The translations under genes and the position numbers were made by a program. Positions 11,501 to 25,089 of a DNA stretch of 64,000 nt are shown here, piece after piece. Origin of the DNA: Vicugna vicugna (taxonomy: Eukaryota). The stretch covers positions 124,001 through 188,000 of the forward strand of contig MU058815.1 in NCBI GenBank assembly GCA_013265495.1, in the 5' to 3' direction. Under the pieces are notes generated by a model that made no database searches, had not been told where the DNA came from, and saw only the letters and a list, made by a program, of their open reading frames with translations. Position 1 is the first letter of the stretch. Each line of letters starts with the position of its first letter.

Positions 11501-14259
11501 TTTTCATTCTTCCACTGTTGTTGACCTGGATTCATTTCATATTTTTTCCTCTTGATTTATTCTTATTTTTTTCCCTTTGATCTTTCCCCAATCATCAAAC
11601 CCTCATTACTCCTTTGGATTCTTTCCTCTACCAAACTCCCACCTCCTCTTCTTTCTTGCTCCCTACCTGGCTCAGCCACAACCTAGATGTTGCGAGCGTT
11701 CAAATTTTCCACCGTCTTCCAGCCCCAGCCGCTCTGTGCCCCAGCTTCATCCACGTGGTTCCACTGGTCTGCTTGGCCTTGTTCTTCAAAAACTAGTTTT
11801 TGTAGGAAATTGAGTAATAGAAGATGGTCCAATAGCACTCCCCCTGGAAGGCCAGGCTTTAAGTTACGGCAAGGCGCAATGTGTCCTATTAATGGCTCTT
11901 GCTCAAGCTAAGAAAGAAACTAGATCTCTACACGGACTACATGATTTCCCCAGACGAAAGCAGCTGATGTCTGAATACATTTCAAAGTGTTTCCAAAAAG
12001 ACCCAGGAAAAGACCAGGAAGAGGTGATTTTGCAAACAAAGAGAAACTGTTGCAAGTACACCATTACAAAAACCGAAACAAGCCTTTAAATTCAGCCACC
12101 ACAGATGGCAACACATTTCAGTGAGCATTTTTGCTCATTCAGATTAAATGGTGTATGTGTGTGAAGGTGACAAAAGAAAGGAAACTAACCAAAAAAGGTA
12201 GGTGAGGAGCAGGGGAATATACTAAAAATGGTCAAGACTTGGTAGCAGTGAACTGTGTTCATTGCAAAACGGCCAGTGATGGAGCAAGCATTGTGGCAGC
12301 AGCTAGCTGGCAACTGGGACCCGGCTAGCAGGGTTACAAGTGTGTGAAATACGAAATTGTGAAATGTGTTCTAACAAAAGTCACTTTACTAAGAATAAGA
12401 GGTGGCATGTCCACATTGCAATGCAGCTCCAGCCACGGAGGCAAACCTTATCTAAACATTTCTGCAAAGTCACCCGCAGGGTAGTTCACTGGAAAGAGGT
12501 CTGACTGCAACTCAGGAGGCTGGGGTTCCAGTGCACTCCTTACCCCAGACCCATTAAGGGCATCGTTCCATCTCTCTGAACCTTCTTTCTTCATCTGAGA
12601 GCCGAGGGAGTTGAACCGGATTCTCCGTAGAATTCCTTCTGGCATTGCAATCGGGTGATTCTGCAGGCTAGGCTGCAGGCACACCGTGCAGAAAGGGAAC
12701 CCTGAACACCTGGCATTTGCAGGGAAACGCTGGCTCACCTATGACCTCTACTGTGCCTAACTGCAACGTGCACGGGAGGAAATCACAGCGTGAAACGTAC
12801 GCACTAAGGGATTTCCAGGCAGAAATTGTCCTCTGCAGGTCTGGTTTGTTTCAGCAGGATGTTTAGAATGAATGTTATCAGTTTGGTAAATGCACTGAGA
12901 AGCCCGGAAATTGGGTGCTTGACCACATTTCTGGTCTTCTGAGAAACTTCCAGTTTAACAGGCTCTGAGCAGCTCGGCAGAAGTGCTTGAGGGGTTAGTT
13001 CAGCTTCTGCTGGGCGATCGCCTTCTCAAGCAGCACACACATGTCTGTGGAGGGTTCTGCTGTGTCGACGTCCTGTCGGGACAACAGGGAAGCAGGCTGT
13101 TAGCCCACCACCCAGACGAACAGGTCACAGAGCGCTGGGGCGAGGAGCAGACAGTGGTGTGTCCGTGTCCCAGCCCCACCGCTCACAGGCTGTCTAGCTG
13201 GGGCAAGATACTTTCCTAAACTGCGTTCTGCCTCAGCTGGGAAACTTCTGGTAACCACTGATAATACTAGTATCAATCTCAACAAGTTTTTCCAAGGGGA
13301 AACTGAGCCAAGATCTACTAACTGCTGGGGAAAATGTCCAACATGAGAGAGTGATACGTGCTAGGAATTGTTACTATTAACCCAATCAGAACTCAACCTG
13401 CATCAGGGAAACAGTATCCACCAAAGATGTGTGTGCGTGTGCATGTGGGACCCTGTGTCTGTGAGCGCTGTGTGTGTGTACAGAGTGTGTGCCCCTGTTA
13501 ATTGCATGCGGGCAACGAATTCTGAGGGACTGTCAGTGCCTCATTCAATGTAGGTGAACAAGTGATTGCCTGCGTCTTTAAGAGAGCACGCCAGAGGCGG
13601 ACGGGGATAGAAGTTCTGTAATTTTTCCACTGATCGAGCATCATTTATTGAGGCACTCCTGGACAAGTCGAGTGAGGCCCTGGGCCTGCCCTAGACCATG
13701 AGCTCATGTATTCACTCTCCTGTTTCATGCACATTTCCTGATCAAGGGCCCGGAGTTGAGCGCCCAGGGGTCAGTGCGAGGGTTAGAAGCATCACGTCAA
13801 TTGCATCACAATGTATCACTGTCATTCGAAGTCAAGACTGTGTGCCAAGAGGGTTTCCACAGGAAGGAGACCCACACCCCCTGAAGGGAGATGGGAACAC
13901 TTCCTGAAAGAGGTGGAATGCGACCAGAGTTTGTAAAGATGGGTGGCCTTTTGACAGACAGGTCAGAGGATACTGAACGGCAGGAGTTGCCTATCCGAGG
14001 CCCGGAAGTCGGTGATGGAGGGAGGCCTGGGGAGCTCGAGGCCAGGGGACAGCTTGGCGGGAGCCCAGGGTGTGAGAAGTCTCGCCGCGGGAGAGCTGGA
14101 GAGGACGGCAGACCGGGTCCAGGCTGGGGCGCCCCGAACGCTCACCCCGAGTGCTCACACCAAGAAGGCTTGTGCATCGTACAGGCAGGCGGGAGGAACC
14201 AGGTGTGACACATTGTTTTAAACACATTTTCACGCAAAATGGCACACACGAAGAATCAA

Positions 14260-14420
14260 CGTGGGGTAGAGGTTGAAAACCTGGTCTCCAGACCTCGACC
14301 TGGATTCCGTGAGTCTCTAACTCACACTCGAGGACCTGGGTAGGTCACGTGACACCTCGGTGCCTCAGTTTCCTCATGTAGAAAGTAGTGTGGTAGTGAC
14401 ATTGTACCCTCGGGCCTCAC
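14260..14420 (+). mobile_element. MIR SINE fragment
   Basis: MIR core-like 'gacctgggtaggtcacgtgacacctcggtgcctcagtttcctcatgtagaaa'. Confidence 0.65.
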
Positions 14421-14473
14421 TGCTCCCAGGATAGCCCCTCCGGGCTCTCAGACATTCAGACCTGGCTGCAGTA

Positions 14474-14575
14474 TTTTTCTTTTTAACAGCAGTATGAGGA
14501 TACCAGGGATTGAACCCAGGACCTTGCGCTTGCTAAGCATGCGCTCTACCGCTCAGTGATATCCCACCTCCCCAA
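14474..14575 (-). mobile_element. tRNA-derived SINE (camelid Vic-type-like), short copy
   Basis: Reverse complement reads 'gagcggtagagcgcatgcttagcaagcgcaaggtcctgggttcaatccctggtatc' (A/B boxes), matching the copies at 39317 and 40596. Confidence 0.75.
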
Positions 14576-15347
14576 CCCCAGACAAAGGGCTGGATGTTTG
14601 CTCTGAGCTGTGCACCAGCCGGGGTGGCAAGCAGGGTGAACTCAGATGGGAGAAAACTGGAAACAGGTTACTCATTCAGGTGTGAAGAGCTGAGGTGGCA
14701 AAGCATGGGAAGGTGGGAGACGACACAGTGGACCCGGAGGAGACAGGCCTCGCCAAGTCATTGCCCGGCAGGCAGGAGAGGGGCAGAGGAGTGGGGCCAG
14801 GGGAGGCTGATCACCCCGGACCACCAGGGAGTTACAGACAACAGACGTCCTGGGGTTTGGAGCTGGGGGCCTCCCTCCCACATGGTCTCCGGTGAGATGC
14901 TCCCGCTCTGCTCCAGGGAAGGAAGCTGCCTGGTTCCTGGAGGGTGAGCACAGGCGCCCCCATTAGGGCAGGAAGGAGGTCTCCCTGGGGACGTATGGCT
15001 CCCAGACTTCCTGAAGTCACCAAGACACGTGTCCCTGTAAGGGACACCCTGTAAGGGTGAAATCCTGGTGCCCAAAGCTGGTTTACTTTCCCGGAGCTGA
15101 AAATCCTTTGTTCTTTTTTGGAATGATGACTATTTAATCATTAGTTATTAGCCATATCAAAGTTAATATATACTGCATCAGAAAACCAATAGTAATGTAA
15201 TTTGCAGGAATACAGCTTTCAATAAACAGCTTCGCAGGTATCAGTAAGGCAGAAGCAGTGAGAAAGAATGTAATGCACTTTTTAACTTCCAGGATACATG
15301 TAGTGTGAAACTCTGCCACCATTTGCTCCAGTCAACAAAGCAAGCCA

Positions 15348-15954
15348 CCTTTTGTTCCATTTTTTTAAGTTGACATATTGTCAGTTTACAATGTTATATC
15401 AATTTCTGGTGTGCAGCCCAATGCTTCAGTCATACATGTACATACATATATTCCTTTCCACATTCTTTTTCATTATAGGTTGCTATAAGATATGGAATAA
15501 AGTTCCCTGTGCTATAAAATACAAACTTGTCACTTATCTATTTCATATATAGTAGTTAGTACCTGCAAATCTCAGTCTCCTAGTTTATACCCACTTTCCT
15601 GGCTGGTAACCATGAGTTTGTTTTCTATGTCTGTGAGTCTATTTCTGGTTTGCAGAAAAGTTCAGTTGTGTCCAGGGAACTCTAATTCGAAAAGACACCT
15701 GCACCCCAATGTTCACAGCAGCACTATTTACAATAAGCAAGACATGGAAACGGCCTAAATGGCCATCGACCGATGTCTGGATGAAGAAGTTGTGGTATAT
15801 GTATATATACAATGGAATAGTACTCAGCCATAAAAAAGAATGAAATAATGCCATTTGCAGCAACATGGATGGACCTGGAGATCGTCAGTTTAAGTGAAGG
15901 GAGCAAGAAAGAGAAAGGAAAATACCATATGATATCACTCATCTGTAGAATCTA
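15348..15954 (-). mobile_element. Young L1 3' fragment with 5' inversion (twin priming)
   Basis: 3'UTR on the minus strand from 15348 to ~15672, then the upstream L1 segment on the plus strand from ~15673 to 15954. TSD AAAGCAAGCCA at 15337-15347 and 15955-15965. Confidence 0.85.
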
Positions 15955-18900
15955 AAAGCAAGCCAATGTTAGGAATTTAATCCAAACTGAGTTTTTCTGA
16001 TTTCCAGAGTTATTTTTACCACTAATAAAAGCAATCGGCAACTTTGGATTTATTAACTATGTATAGTATCTCTATTATTTTCTCCCTAAGTTCAATCATA
16101 TTTTGATTGATTAACCCAGAAGAAGGAAAAGATATTTTAAGAGAGCTGAAAATTCTTGAAAGAGGCCCCACTCCTAAGCAGGAGCCAGGGTGTACGGCAC
16201 GCCTACACGGCGCTGACCACCACAGCGATGCTTTGTGAATGCGGTCCCCATGCTTGGTCCCTCTCAAGGCCACAGTAGTAAGACAGACCCCTAAGGCATC
16301 GCAGCGTGCCTGCGCTGTTTGGCACATGTCACCTATTTTAAGGCATTTTATTCCCTTGCCACCCCAGGAAGAGGTGAGCAGTGTTGGGACCAGCAGTCGG
16401 ACTCAGGCTGGACTTCAGAGCCTGAGAGCCTGGAGCCACACTGGAACCCGCCATCCTGAACGGTTCCACACCGCGTGCCTTCACCCCACGTGGGGACGCA
16501 GCCCAGCTTGAAGCAGTGCAGCGCGGAACTGGGTCAAAGGAAGCTGAGACCCTCCTGGCTTCAGCCTCCAGGCACTGTTCTTACTTGGGATGCACTGCAT
16601 TGCCCCCGGCCACCTGTGGGTGGTTCCCAAAGTAGGACTCATGCTGCCCCACGACCCTACTGCATAGAACTTTCTTCCTAATATACAAGAAGATATCCAC
16701 AGCTGTTACACAGGTCCCAGTGTGGGCTCCTGGATTCCCTGGGCCTCAGCTACCCCAGTCTTGGTTGCTTGCCCCGTGGAGAGGCCCTGTCTGGGACACC
16801 TTCACCTTTCCCACCCCACCGACCGGCTGTCTCCAGCCCTCCGTGGGGGTGTGGCTGGCTTCACCCGACTCCCTCCACGCACAGGGTCTGACCTGGCAGG
16901 TCCTGCAGACACTTGGGTTTCCATCACTTAGGAACTCAGACGAGCACAGAAGCTGGGTACCTGCCCTTCCCAGAGCTGCCTCTAGGGCAGATAACACAGC
17001 CCCAAAGTGCAGAGGAGCTGGCACACCCTGGGGTGAACTCTGATCGGTGGGAGGCAAGAGATGGCGTGGAACCCACAAGCTTAGCAGCATGGTGTCCACA
17101 TCACTGAACACGGGCCACATTTGCTTGGGAAGCGGTAGTCAGCTTGCTGACACGTCACCTCCTACCCCTTTCCCTACTTTTCTGCCTCCCCTTCCCCCCA
17201 ACTTTTGCAGTGCTAGGGTTGTACCTCCCAAGAAAACCTTCACCCGTGAGCTTTGACTCAGATCCCCATTTCTCAGAAACCCAGACCCAGCCAGCCAGTT
17301 TTTTTCTCTCTTCCAGAAACGGTAGAAGGTGCCGCAATATTCTCAAAGATGGGTTCCTGATAATATATAGCTCACGGAAAGTAGCAAACAGAAAAAAACA
17401 GTGATTTAAGTCTTGCAGGGAGATTGCTCTCCGCTTTTCTTACCTCTCTCACAGGACCAGAAGTCTCCTCTCCCGTATATCCGAGCGACGTTGTTTAGTT
17501 TCTTGTCAGGCGCTGATGCTTCTGTAAGTAGGTGGAGCTGGGGGAAAAAAAAAAGGCTTGAGGTTTGCCCGGAAAGTGTCGGGCAAGTCCTCCCGAACAC
17601 TCTTTTTGGGTATGATATGCCTTTGGTAACTTTGCTGGAGGCTAGTCAGAAACACAGATATTTGTTGTCAGAAAAGGAAAACGTTTTAAAGTACAGACTA
17701 GAAAAGAACACTTTTTTGGTGCTGAAAAATATCCATTTTTGCTGTTGAATATTTGAAGAGTATTCGTTTTCAGGACACGTTTAATCATTTACTTAACAGT
17801 GAAGCAAGAAAGCCTTCCCTTTTAAAGAGGGAAATAAACAAGAATAACCATGATTATTTGACATCAGCCATGAGCAACGAGACAGGAGGAAAAAGCATCC
17901 TTACTATGACTATTTACAATACAGCGGCTAGAAGCGTGCGTGCCACCATTCACAACTGCGACCGTAACCTTGGGATGACGACTCTGCTGCCCTCAGAAGT
18001 GCTGGTGAGGATGTCGCCAACAGGAGGTAATGTGTCTGACTCACTGAACACCCAGTGTCAAGCTCATTCCTCTAGTCCTTGTCTATTTTGGGATTTGCAA
18101 GTGCCACATACTTCCGCGGACATCCTTGGAGGTAGGGTGGCTATCTGACAGCATTCTAGCCAGAGAGATGGAAGAGGTCACAGGTGCCTCTTCTTTTCCT
18201 CTTCTCTTGCTTTAAAAAAAAAGAAAAAAAAAAAAAAGGATGCAATGCACCCATTGGCCCATAGAGGAAAACATCAAAGTAAGTGACTGTCTACCTGCCT
18301 CTGGGCTTCCAGAGTGTGTGGAAAATAAATCAGGATTTTTTTAAAGCTACCGTTGAGTGAGTATTTTATGGCTTACAGATTTTCATTTGTATCTGAATAA
18401 CGTGTAAAGCATAATGTGAATAACATTTCTGGTGCCTAGAAAGTGCTTAATCAATGTTACTCTTTTTATTATATTTTAAAATATTATATTTAAATATATT
18501 CAAAATATAATTGGGAAAAGTGTCTTATTCATAATAAAAGGCTATTAAATAATTAATACTACGTCTAACAGAAAGGTGCAAGCTGATGTATGTAAAGAAA
18601 ATGATTAAACACTGAATAACGACGTGAAAAGAGACGTGTAAGTGAGGAGGTTGAACACATTTCTGGATTAAAATGGTCCATATTATAGAGATGACGATTA
18701 TGCCCAAATTAACCAAAATTCCAATGGATATTCTGAGAACCCTGAAAAGTTGATTCTCCTATTCCATTGGATGGATAAATATTCCAAAATCACTGAATTG
18801 ACTTTGAAAAAGAAGAATAAATGCCGTGAACTTGTTTGACTTATGAAACCAGACATCAGAGCTGGAGCAATTAAAACACGGTGGCATCACTGAAAAACAA

Positions 18901-18995
18901 ATTGATCAACAAACTGGAGCTGAAATTCAAGAAACAGACTCACATATCAGTGTAAAGCCGTGTGTGATACATAAGCTCATTTAAACCCAAGAGCG

Positions 18996-20140
18996 TGTCA
19001 GTCAGGGTCAAGAGCAGGAAATAAAAGTTGCCTTTGGTGTTTTGGGCAGAAGGTGATTTAATGCAGGAAATTAGATGTTTGCAACTCTGTTGGAAGGGCA
19101 GCAGGAGCATTGTCAGGGCTGGATCTCCTGGGACGACTCAGCACAAACGGGGCGGATTCTGCAGGAGCCCCTGGTGAGGTCGTGGCTGAAGCTACGCCAG
19201 AGACGAGAAGCCATGTCTCTGCACCTGCCTCTCACATTCAGGAAACCGGACTGTGATACCCAGAGCTTGGTCTGCGAATAAGTCACATGGAGAAGCTGTC
19301 CATGTCATCACTGCTTTTTTTTTAAAATTGAAGTATAGTTGATTTAGAATGTGTTAGTTTCTTGTGTACAGCATAGTGATCCAGTTTTATATATATATAC
19401 ATATATGTATATATACATACATACACATATATATGAAACATATATACACATGTGTATATTCTTTTTTATCATAGGTTATTACAAGATATTGAATATAGTT
19501 CCTTGTGCTAGACAGTAGGATCTTGCTGTTTATCTATTTTATGTGTAGTAGTCAGTATCTGCAAATCCCAATCTCCTAATTTATCCCTTCCCCTCCTACC
19601 CCTCTGGTAACCATAAATTTGTTTTCTATGTCTATGAGTCTATGAGTAAATAAGTTCCTTTGCATCTTTTTTTTTCAGATTCCACATGTAAGGGATATCA
19701 TATGATATTTGTTTTTCTCTGGCTTACTTCACTTAATATGATAATCTCTAGGTCCATTTATGTTGCTGCAAAAGGCATTCTTTCATTCTTTTTTATGGCT
19801 GAGTAATATTCCATCGTATAGCTATACCACAGCTTCTTTATACCATTTCTTTCTGATTCCCGGAAAGCTGGCAGATGGACGCTGGAGCACCTGATGCAAG
19901 AAAGGCTCACATTTTCTGAGCTCCCTCACTAACGACAACACTCAAGAGCCCTAGGGAGATGGCTCTCTTCTGCCTTCCAAATCTCTCATGAGTACATCCA
20001 AATAATGGAACATCGTTTGCTTCCAGAACCTCAGTTTTGGGGGAGTCTAGACAATGTTTTCTTTAGCTTTCTAATTGCCCCAGATAGAAGAAGGCAGGTA
20101 ATGTGGTGGTTAAGAGAACTGATACAAAGTATGTACCCGT
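18996..20140 (-). mobile_element. Old ERVL/MaLR-like LTR, interrupted by young L1
   Basis: Begins 'tgtcagtcagggtc...caggaa', a typical reverse-strand ERVL/MaLR LTR end. Right boundary approximate. Confidence 0.45.
19315..19845 (-). mobile_element. Young L1 3' end (~530 bp) containing an (AT)n-rich tract
   Basis: Poly-T followed by 'aattgaagtatagttgatttagaatg...', 'gattccacatgtaagggatatcatatgatatttg', 'ttttatggctgagtaatattccatcg'. Confidence 0.85.
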
Positions 20141-22004
20141 AATGGGAAAGTGCATCATATTGAGATCACTGATTATTCCTTCACCTTGTTCTGGACATAA
20201 AAATATTCTCACATGACTAAAGATTTAAGTGTTAAAATTACACGTAGGACTACTAACACAAAATATGAGAGAATAGATTTATATCCTTGGGGTAGGGCAT
20301 AACATGAAACCCAGAAGCTATAAAAAAAGAAGATAGACATTTAATTCAGTGAAAAGCAATCAGCTTTTGTTTGATAAAGGACACCCCAATTGAAGCTGAA
20401 AGCAAAAAGTTGGGGGAAATATTTGAAATTTTTATTCTAGATTGTAGGTTTATATTTTCAATATGTTGAGTTCTTATAAATCCACAAAAAAAGATCAGTG
20501 TCCAATGGTAAGATAAGCAAAAGACGAATAACTGATTTTTGAAAAAATCAAATGCAAATGACTTTGAAGCATATGGAGACATGAACAGCTTCATTAATAA
20601 TGGAGGAAATAGCATTAAAATGAGAATTTTTTACTCATCCAACTGGCAACGACAGAAGAGTGACAGTATTCATTGTTGGCAGAAAGGTCAGGGAATACAA
20701 ACTTTAAAAGTGAATTTTGACAGTATGTATCAGCTATGAACATGCTCCCACCTTTTAATCTACAACACCCCTCCTAGAATTTGTCTCACAGAACTAGCCA
20801 CACATCTCTCAGAATCTGTCCCATCGAAATAATCACATGCACGAGCCAAGACACATGAGGCAAGATTGACTGTAGAGTTATTTGTCAGAAGAAGAATTAG
20901 AAACAGCTTTCAGTGGCCATCAGTGGCCATTAGTTAAATAAACGATGATACCTTCATACAATGGGCTATTAAGCAACTATTAAAAAGAAGCAGCTCTACT
21001 CATATTGAGTTGAAAGAGGGCAATAACAGAGCAAATCAAAAGTAGACCCGCATACATAACGTGATGCCACTTATTTCTAAAGACAGAAAATGTGTATCAT
21101 GTCTGAAGGAAATCCGGAGGGAGGCACACCCAGTTGTTCATGGTGGTCATTTCTGGGCTAAAAATACAGGGGTCCATGTGGGCAAAGTTTTTACTTTTTG
21201 ATTATATGCACTTCAAAGTTTAACATCATTCGACAAGAGACAGATATCATAAAAGACTTGTGTTTTGAAAAATGAACACAATGAGCAATGTCATGTAAAC
21301 CTGCAAACCTCCATTTCAGCCATTTGACATGTCAGCGTGGCAGCAAGGTGACTGACCCCCAGGAAAGCCAAAAGGAGCTTCGAGCCCACTGGTTGACAGA
21401 TACAAAACCTGGGACTCACTGGTCCCAAGTCTAAATGGGAGGGGCTGTATTATTTCCCAAGGCCGTATTTCTGAATTCTAAAACCGGAATCAGAGAATGC
21501 TTGGCATTTTAAAGCAGCATTGCGCCTTCTTCTAGAGGAGCTGCTGCTCCTGGCTTAGGGTGATTAACTTTCCGCGCCAAGGTTGCCTTGTCTGCGAGAC
21601 CAGCACCTGCCAGGCAACCCTGAGACGGGCGCTGCGTGCACGACTTCTCTCCTGATTAACACCTGCAGTTACTGCCTCTGGCACCTACTGTCTGCCTCTT
21701 GCCTGCCCGATCTGCATACTATTATTTTTTTGCTTAAACTTAGTCACCTTATCTTGGCTTGTTGCTGCAAGCTGTTGTAATTGGCCTATTGCTGTAATTT
21801 CCTGAATACAATCGTAGATGTTTCGTTGCTTAAAAATGTCCTTTGAAATTTTGCACTTGAATCTTTGTTCTCAGCCCAGCCTCCTTTATAAACCTCTTCC
21901 TTGGTTCTTTCTTACAAATGACTCAGTATCCAGTATGCTTCGGTTTTTAAAGAACATCATTTATTTTCCATTTGTCAAAATGGCTGAACCCAGGATATAA
22001 AGAG

Positions 22005-22200
22005 AGGCAGGAGAGTATGTGATTGAGAGTGTGTTTTTGGAACTGCTGTGCCATTGACCAGCTGTGTGGCCTCGGACAAATCACTTGACCTCTCTGGGCT
22101 TCAGTTGCTTCGTATGTAAATTCTACACTGAGTGCTTATTACATTAAATTAAACAACATTATGGCACTTTTTGTTCAATTACCTGATCAGTAAAGCATCT
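22005..22200 (+). mobile_element. MIR SINE fragment
   Basis: 'ccattgaccagctgtgtggcctcggacaaatcacttgacctctctgggcttcagttgcttcgtatgtaaa'. Confidence 0.65.
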
Positions 22201-22319
22201 GTCCATCAGAACTTTATTCATTCAACAAGTATTACCTGATTAATAGCTTAAAGAGACCCTTCAAGCTGTTGGGTGATGACAGATTATAGAGGAACTGGGG
22301 TACAGCAGGAAGGCCCCCA

Positions 22320-24520
22320 AAACGCATCACCCATCTAGCCATGTCCTTCCATCCCCACTGCCATCATCTTAGTCCAAGTCACCTTCATCTTCCCAACACC
22401 CTAACTCTCCACATAGAATAAAACTAGATTCCGGTCAAACCTGCTTCAGTGACTTCTCATCACACTTAGGGAAGAAATCACACTCTATCTGTGAGCCACA
22501 AGGGTCTACAAAACCCTGGTTCCTTCTGTCTCTTAAATTCATCTCACACTTCTTGTTCCTTAGGCATCAGCAACATTAATCTTCCTTCAGGTTTTAAATA
22601 TTTTAATCTTGGTCCCAGCCCGGGCCTTTGCATATGCTGTTCCCTCTGCCCAGAACATGCTTTTCCCTCTACCCAATGCCTTGTATGGCCGTCTCCTTCT
22701 CGTTCCTTAGGTCTAGCTTAAATACCAGCCCTGCTGATAGATGGGTGTTTTCTACCTGGTACGCATTCCTATTTCTACTTTTCTGTATAGCAGCACCCCA
22801 AATTGTCTTTGTAGAAATGTCCCGCCCAGACTCTCCACGGGGATTACATGCAGTAAACCACACAAAGTACAGCAGATGGGAAGGTATGAAAGCCTTCCTC
22901 TGAGTTTTTCCAGAGACGCGTCCTGCCGGCATCCTGGTGCTGGCGCAGGAACCATTACCTCCACATCCCTATTATTGGTCCTGAGTCTCCTGGCGTCTGC
23001 AGGGTGGAAACTGAGTCCTTTTTCACAGAACTCCCTTCTGCAGGCACCTGGGGGGCAGCCACCTCCACTCTGCAAGGTCAGTTCCTCTCACCCTCAGTTT
23101 GCTGACTCTCTCATCCTTGGGTGACTGTTCCTCGCCCGTCCCCTTGGTCTCGGTGGGTTGACACCTCTAGGAATGTGCCGCCGTTCTTGCCATTTCCCTG
23201 GAGTTTGGGGAAGGAGTAAAGGCAACTTCAAGAGAATGACTATGTGTCACCAAATCCAACTTCAGGTGGGTCCCTGAAAAGTTCTTGTTCTCTCCTGTCA
23301 GGAGATGACTGCAGACCTTGTCTGCTTTCCTCAGACCTCCTGCCTCCTCCTCTCCCTGCTCAGATCCAGGAAATGACCTCATGTCCTGCAATCTCACAGA
23401 GAAAAGATGAATAACCTCCCCCCCATTTCCTACCACTTTCCATCACTGCAGGGTTGCCCAAGTACACACCCTCCTTTCTGCTTCTCCATCACCACGAAGA
23501 GGTCCTTCTCTTGAGCTCTGACTCAGGCCCCCACCTTCCCCCGCTAAGCCCTTGATCTGCAGCTGGGCTCTCCTCTCTCCAGCATTTGATACTAACCAGG
23601 TATCATTCACATCTGAATTTAGGGTGACCGACCAGCCTAATTTACTGGGGAATGAGAAGGCATCCTGGGCTCATGGGACTTTCCATGTGAACACAGGAAT
23701 AAAACTGTCACCCTGTTTTCTTCTCTATTTTGAAGTAATCTTCCCTCAACCCCAAGCTATCTCTTTATCTCCTTCCTTAAATCTCTCCCACACTCACACC
23801 CAAGCTTCTTGAAACAGGTGATTATAATCTGGTTAGGTTGCTCACCTCCCACTCACGTCAATAAAAAAGGACCAGTCACGTGACTGAAAGAGCCACTTCA
23901 GGAATCTGCCTGCCGTCCTTGCTGTACCTTGCGCTAGTTTTCTGCAGTGCTTGCGTGGGAGCCCTCTTGCTCCTGTCCACCGCACACTGCCTTCAGCCTT
24001 GTCCTTTCTCTGAGCGTGTGCTCAGTAGGGTGAGCAGTACACATCCAGGCATGCATCCCGTCACCAGCCTGCTGGGTGTTCAGTCAGTGATGCTCGACAC
24101 AGGCGAGCCTTGGTTTCCGGGCCCTCGCACAGTCTTAGTGTCTGTGGACCTTTGCAGCCGTCTCGCAGGCTCCATCATCTGAGCATAGAATTCCTAGGTC
24201 TTCTTCTCATTCTGGAAAGCTCACACACTTGCCAGGCTTCGCTTGCCCTTTATATGCTGGTGAGCCCAACTGTCTATCCAGTTCAGTTCTCTCTCCTTGG
24301 GCAAAATTGGCATCTCAAATGCCTCCTGGACATATCCATTCAGATGTCTCCAAAACAAATTATACTCCGCTTGTCCAAAGTTAATCTCATCATCACCCCT
24401 ACTTGAACTTGCGGTAATTCCTCAGTACCTACTTCAGACAGTGGGACCACTATCCACTCAGCTGCACAAGCCGCTGGGTATCTTAACTACCATCCTTGAT
24501 TCTCCCCTCACCTCACCGAC
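22320..24520 (+). mobile_element. Degenerate L2 fragments (discontinuous)
   Basis: L2-like motifs: 'ccactgccatcatcttagtccaagtcacc', 'ggcctttgcatatgctgttccctctgcccagaa', 'tgcctcctggacatatccattcagatgtctcc'. Confidence 0.5.
23620..23715. mobile_element. hAT-Blackjack MITE (MER81/MER94-like)
   Basis: Terminal inverted repeats TAGGGTGAC ... GTCACCCTG around ~95 bp. Confidence 0.6.
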
Positions 24521-24811
24521 TATGTGAAGTTTCTTAGCTGCAGACCAGGGAAACCAACTCTGGTTGATCCAAGTAGGAAGAATTTTACTGAAAGGAAGTT
24601 CAGTAGCTCATAGATTCTACAGCAAGACCGGAGAGCAACAGTCATCTTAAGCAGCCACAGAGCCAGAATCAATGCCAGCCAACCAGCAGAACTGCCACTG
24701 CACCTGGGCACAGACACTTCTGCTTGCATCACCAATGCTTCTGATCACAGACCACGGATGCCATTACTAAAATCCAACCCATGCCATTGTTAACACCTTC
24801 ATCAGGATAGT

Positions 24812-25089
24812 AACCTTGCGGTTACCAGGGAGAAGCGGGTGGGAAGGGATAAATTTGGGAGTTTGAGATTTGCAAATGTTAACCACTATATATAAAAATA
24901 GATTAAAAAAACAAATTTCTTCTGTACAGCACAGGGAACTATATTCAATAGCTTGTAGTTACCTTTAATGGAAAAGAATACAAAAATGAACATATGTATG
25001 TATGTGTACACATGACGGGGACATTACGCTGTGCACCAGAAATGGACACATTGTAACTGACTATACTTAAAAAAAAACATAGAAAAGAA
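24812..25089 (+). mobile_element. Young L1 3' tail (~280 bp) inserted in the MLT LTR
   Basis: 'ggttaccagggagaagcgggtgggaagggataaatttgggag...gtaactgactatactt' followed by an A-tail. Short TSD AG(G/A)ATAGT. Confidence 0.85.

Larger units (their letters stand above)
18500..21300 (+). mobile_element. Old L1M (L1ME-like) ORF2 end/3' region, interrupted by an LTR
   Basis: Degenerate ORF2-like A-rich sequence ('aaaattccaatggatatt..ctgaaaagttgattct', 'gaaattcaagaaacagactcacatat') resumes after ~20140. Confidence 0.6.

Noticed and set aside
15028..15059. Small palindrome/duplication GTGTCCCTGTAAGGGACACCCTGTAAGGGTG
   Set aside because: Too short to imply function; probably a local template-switch duplication.
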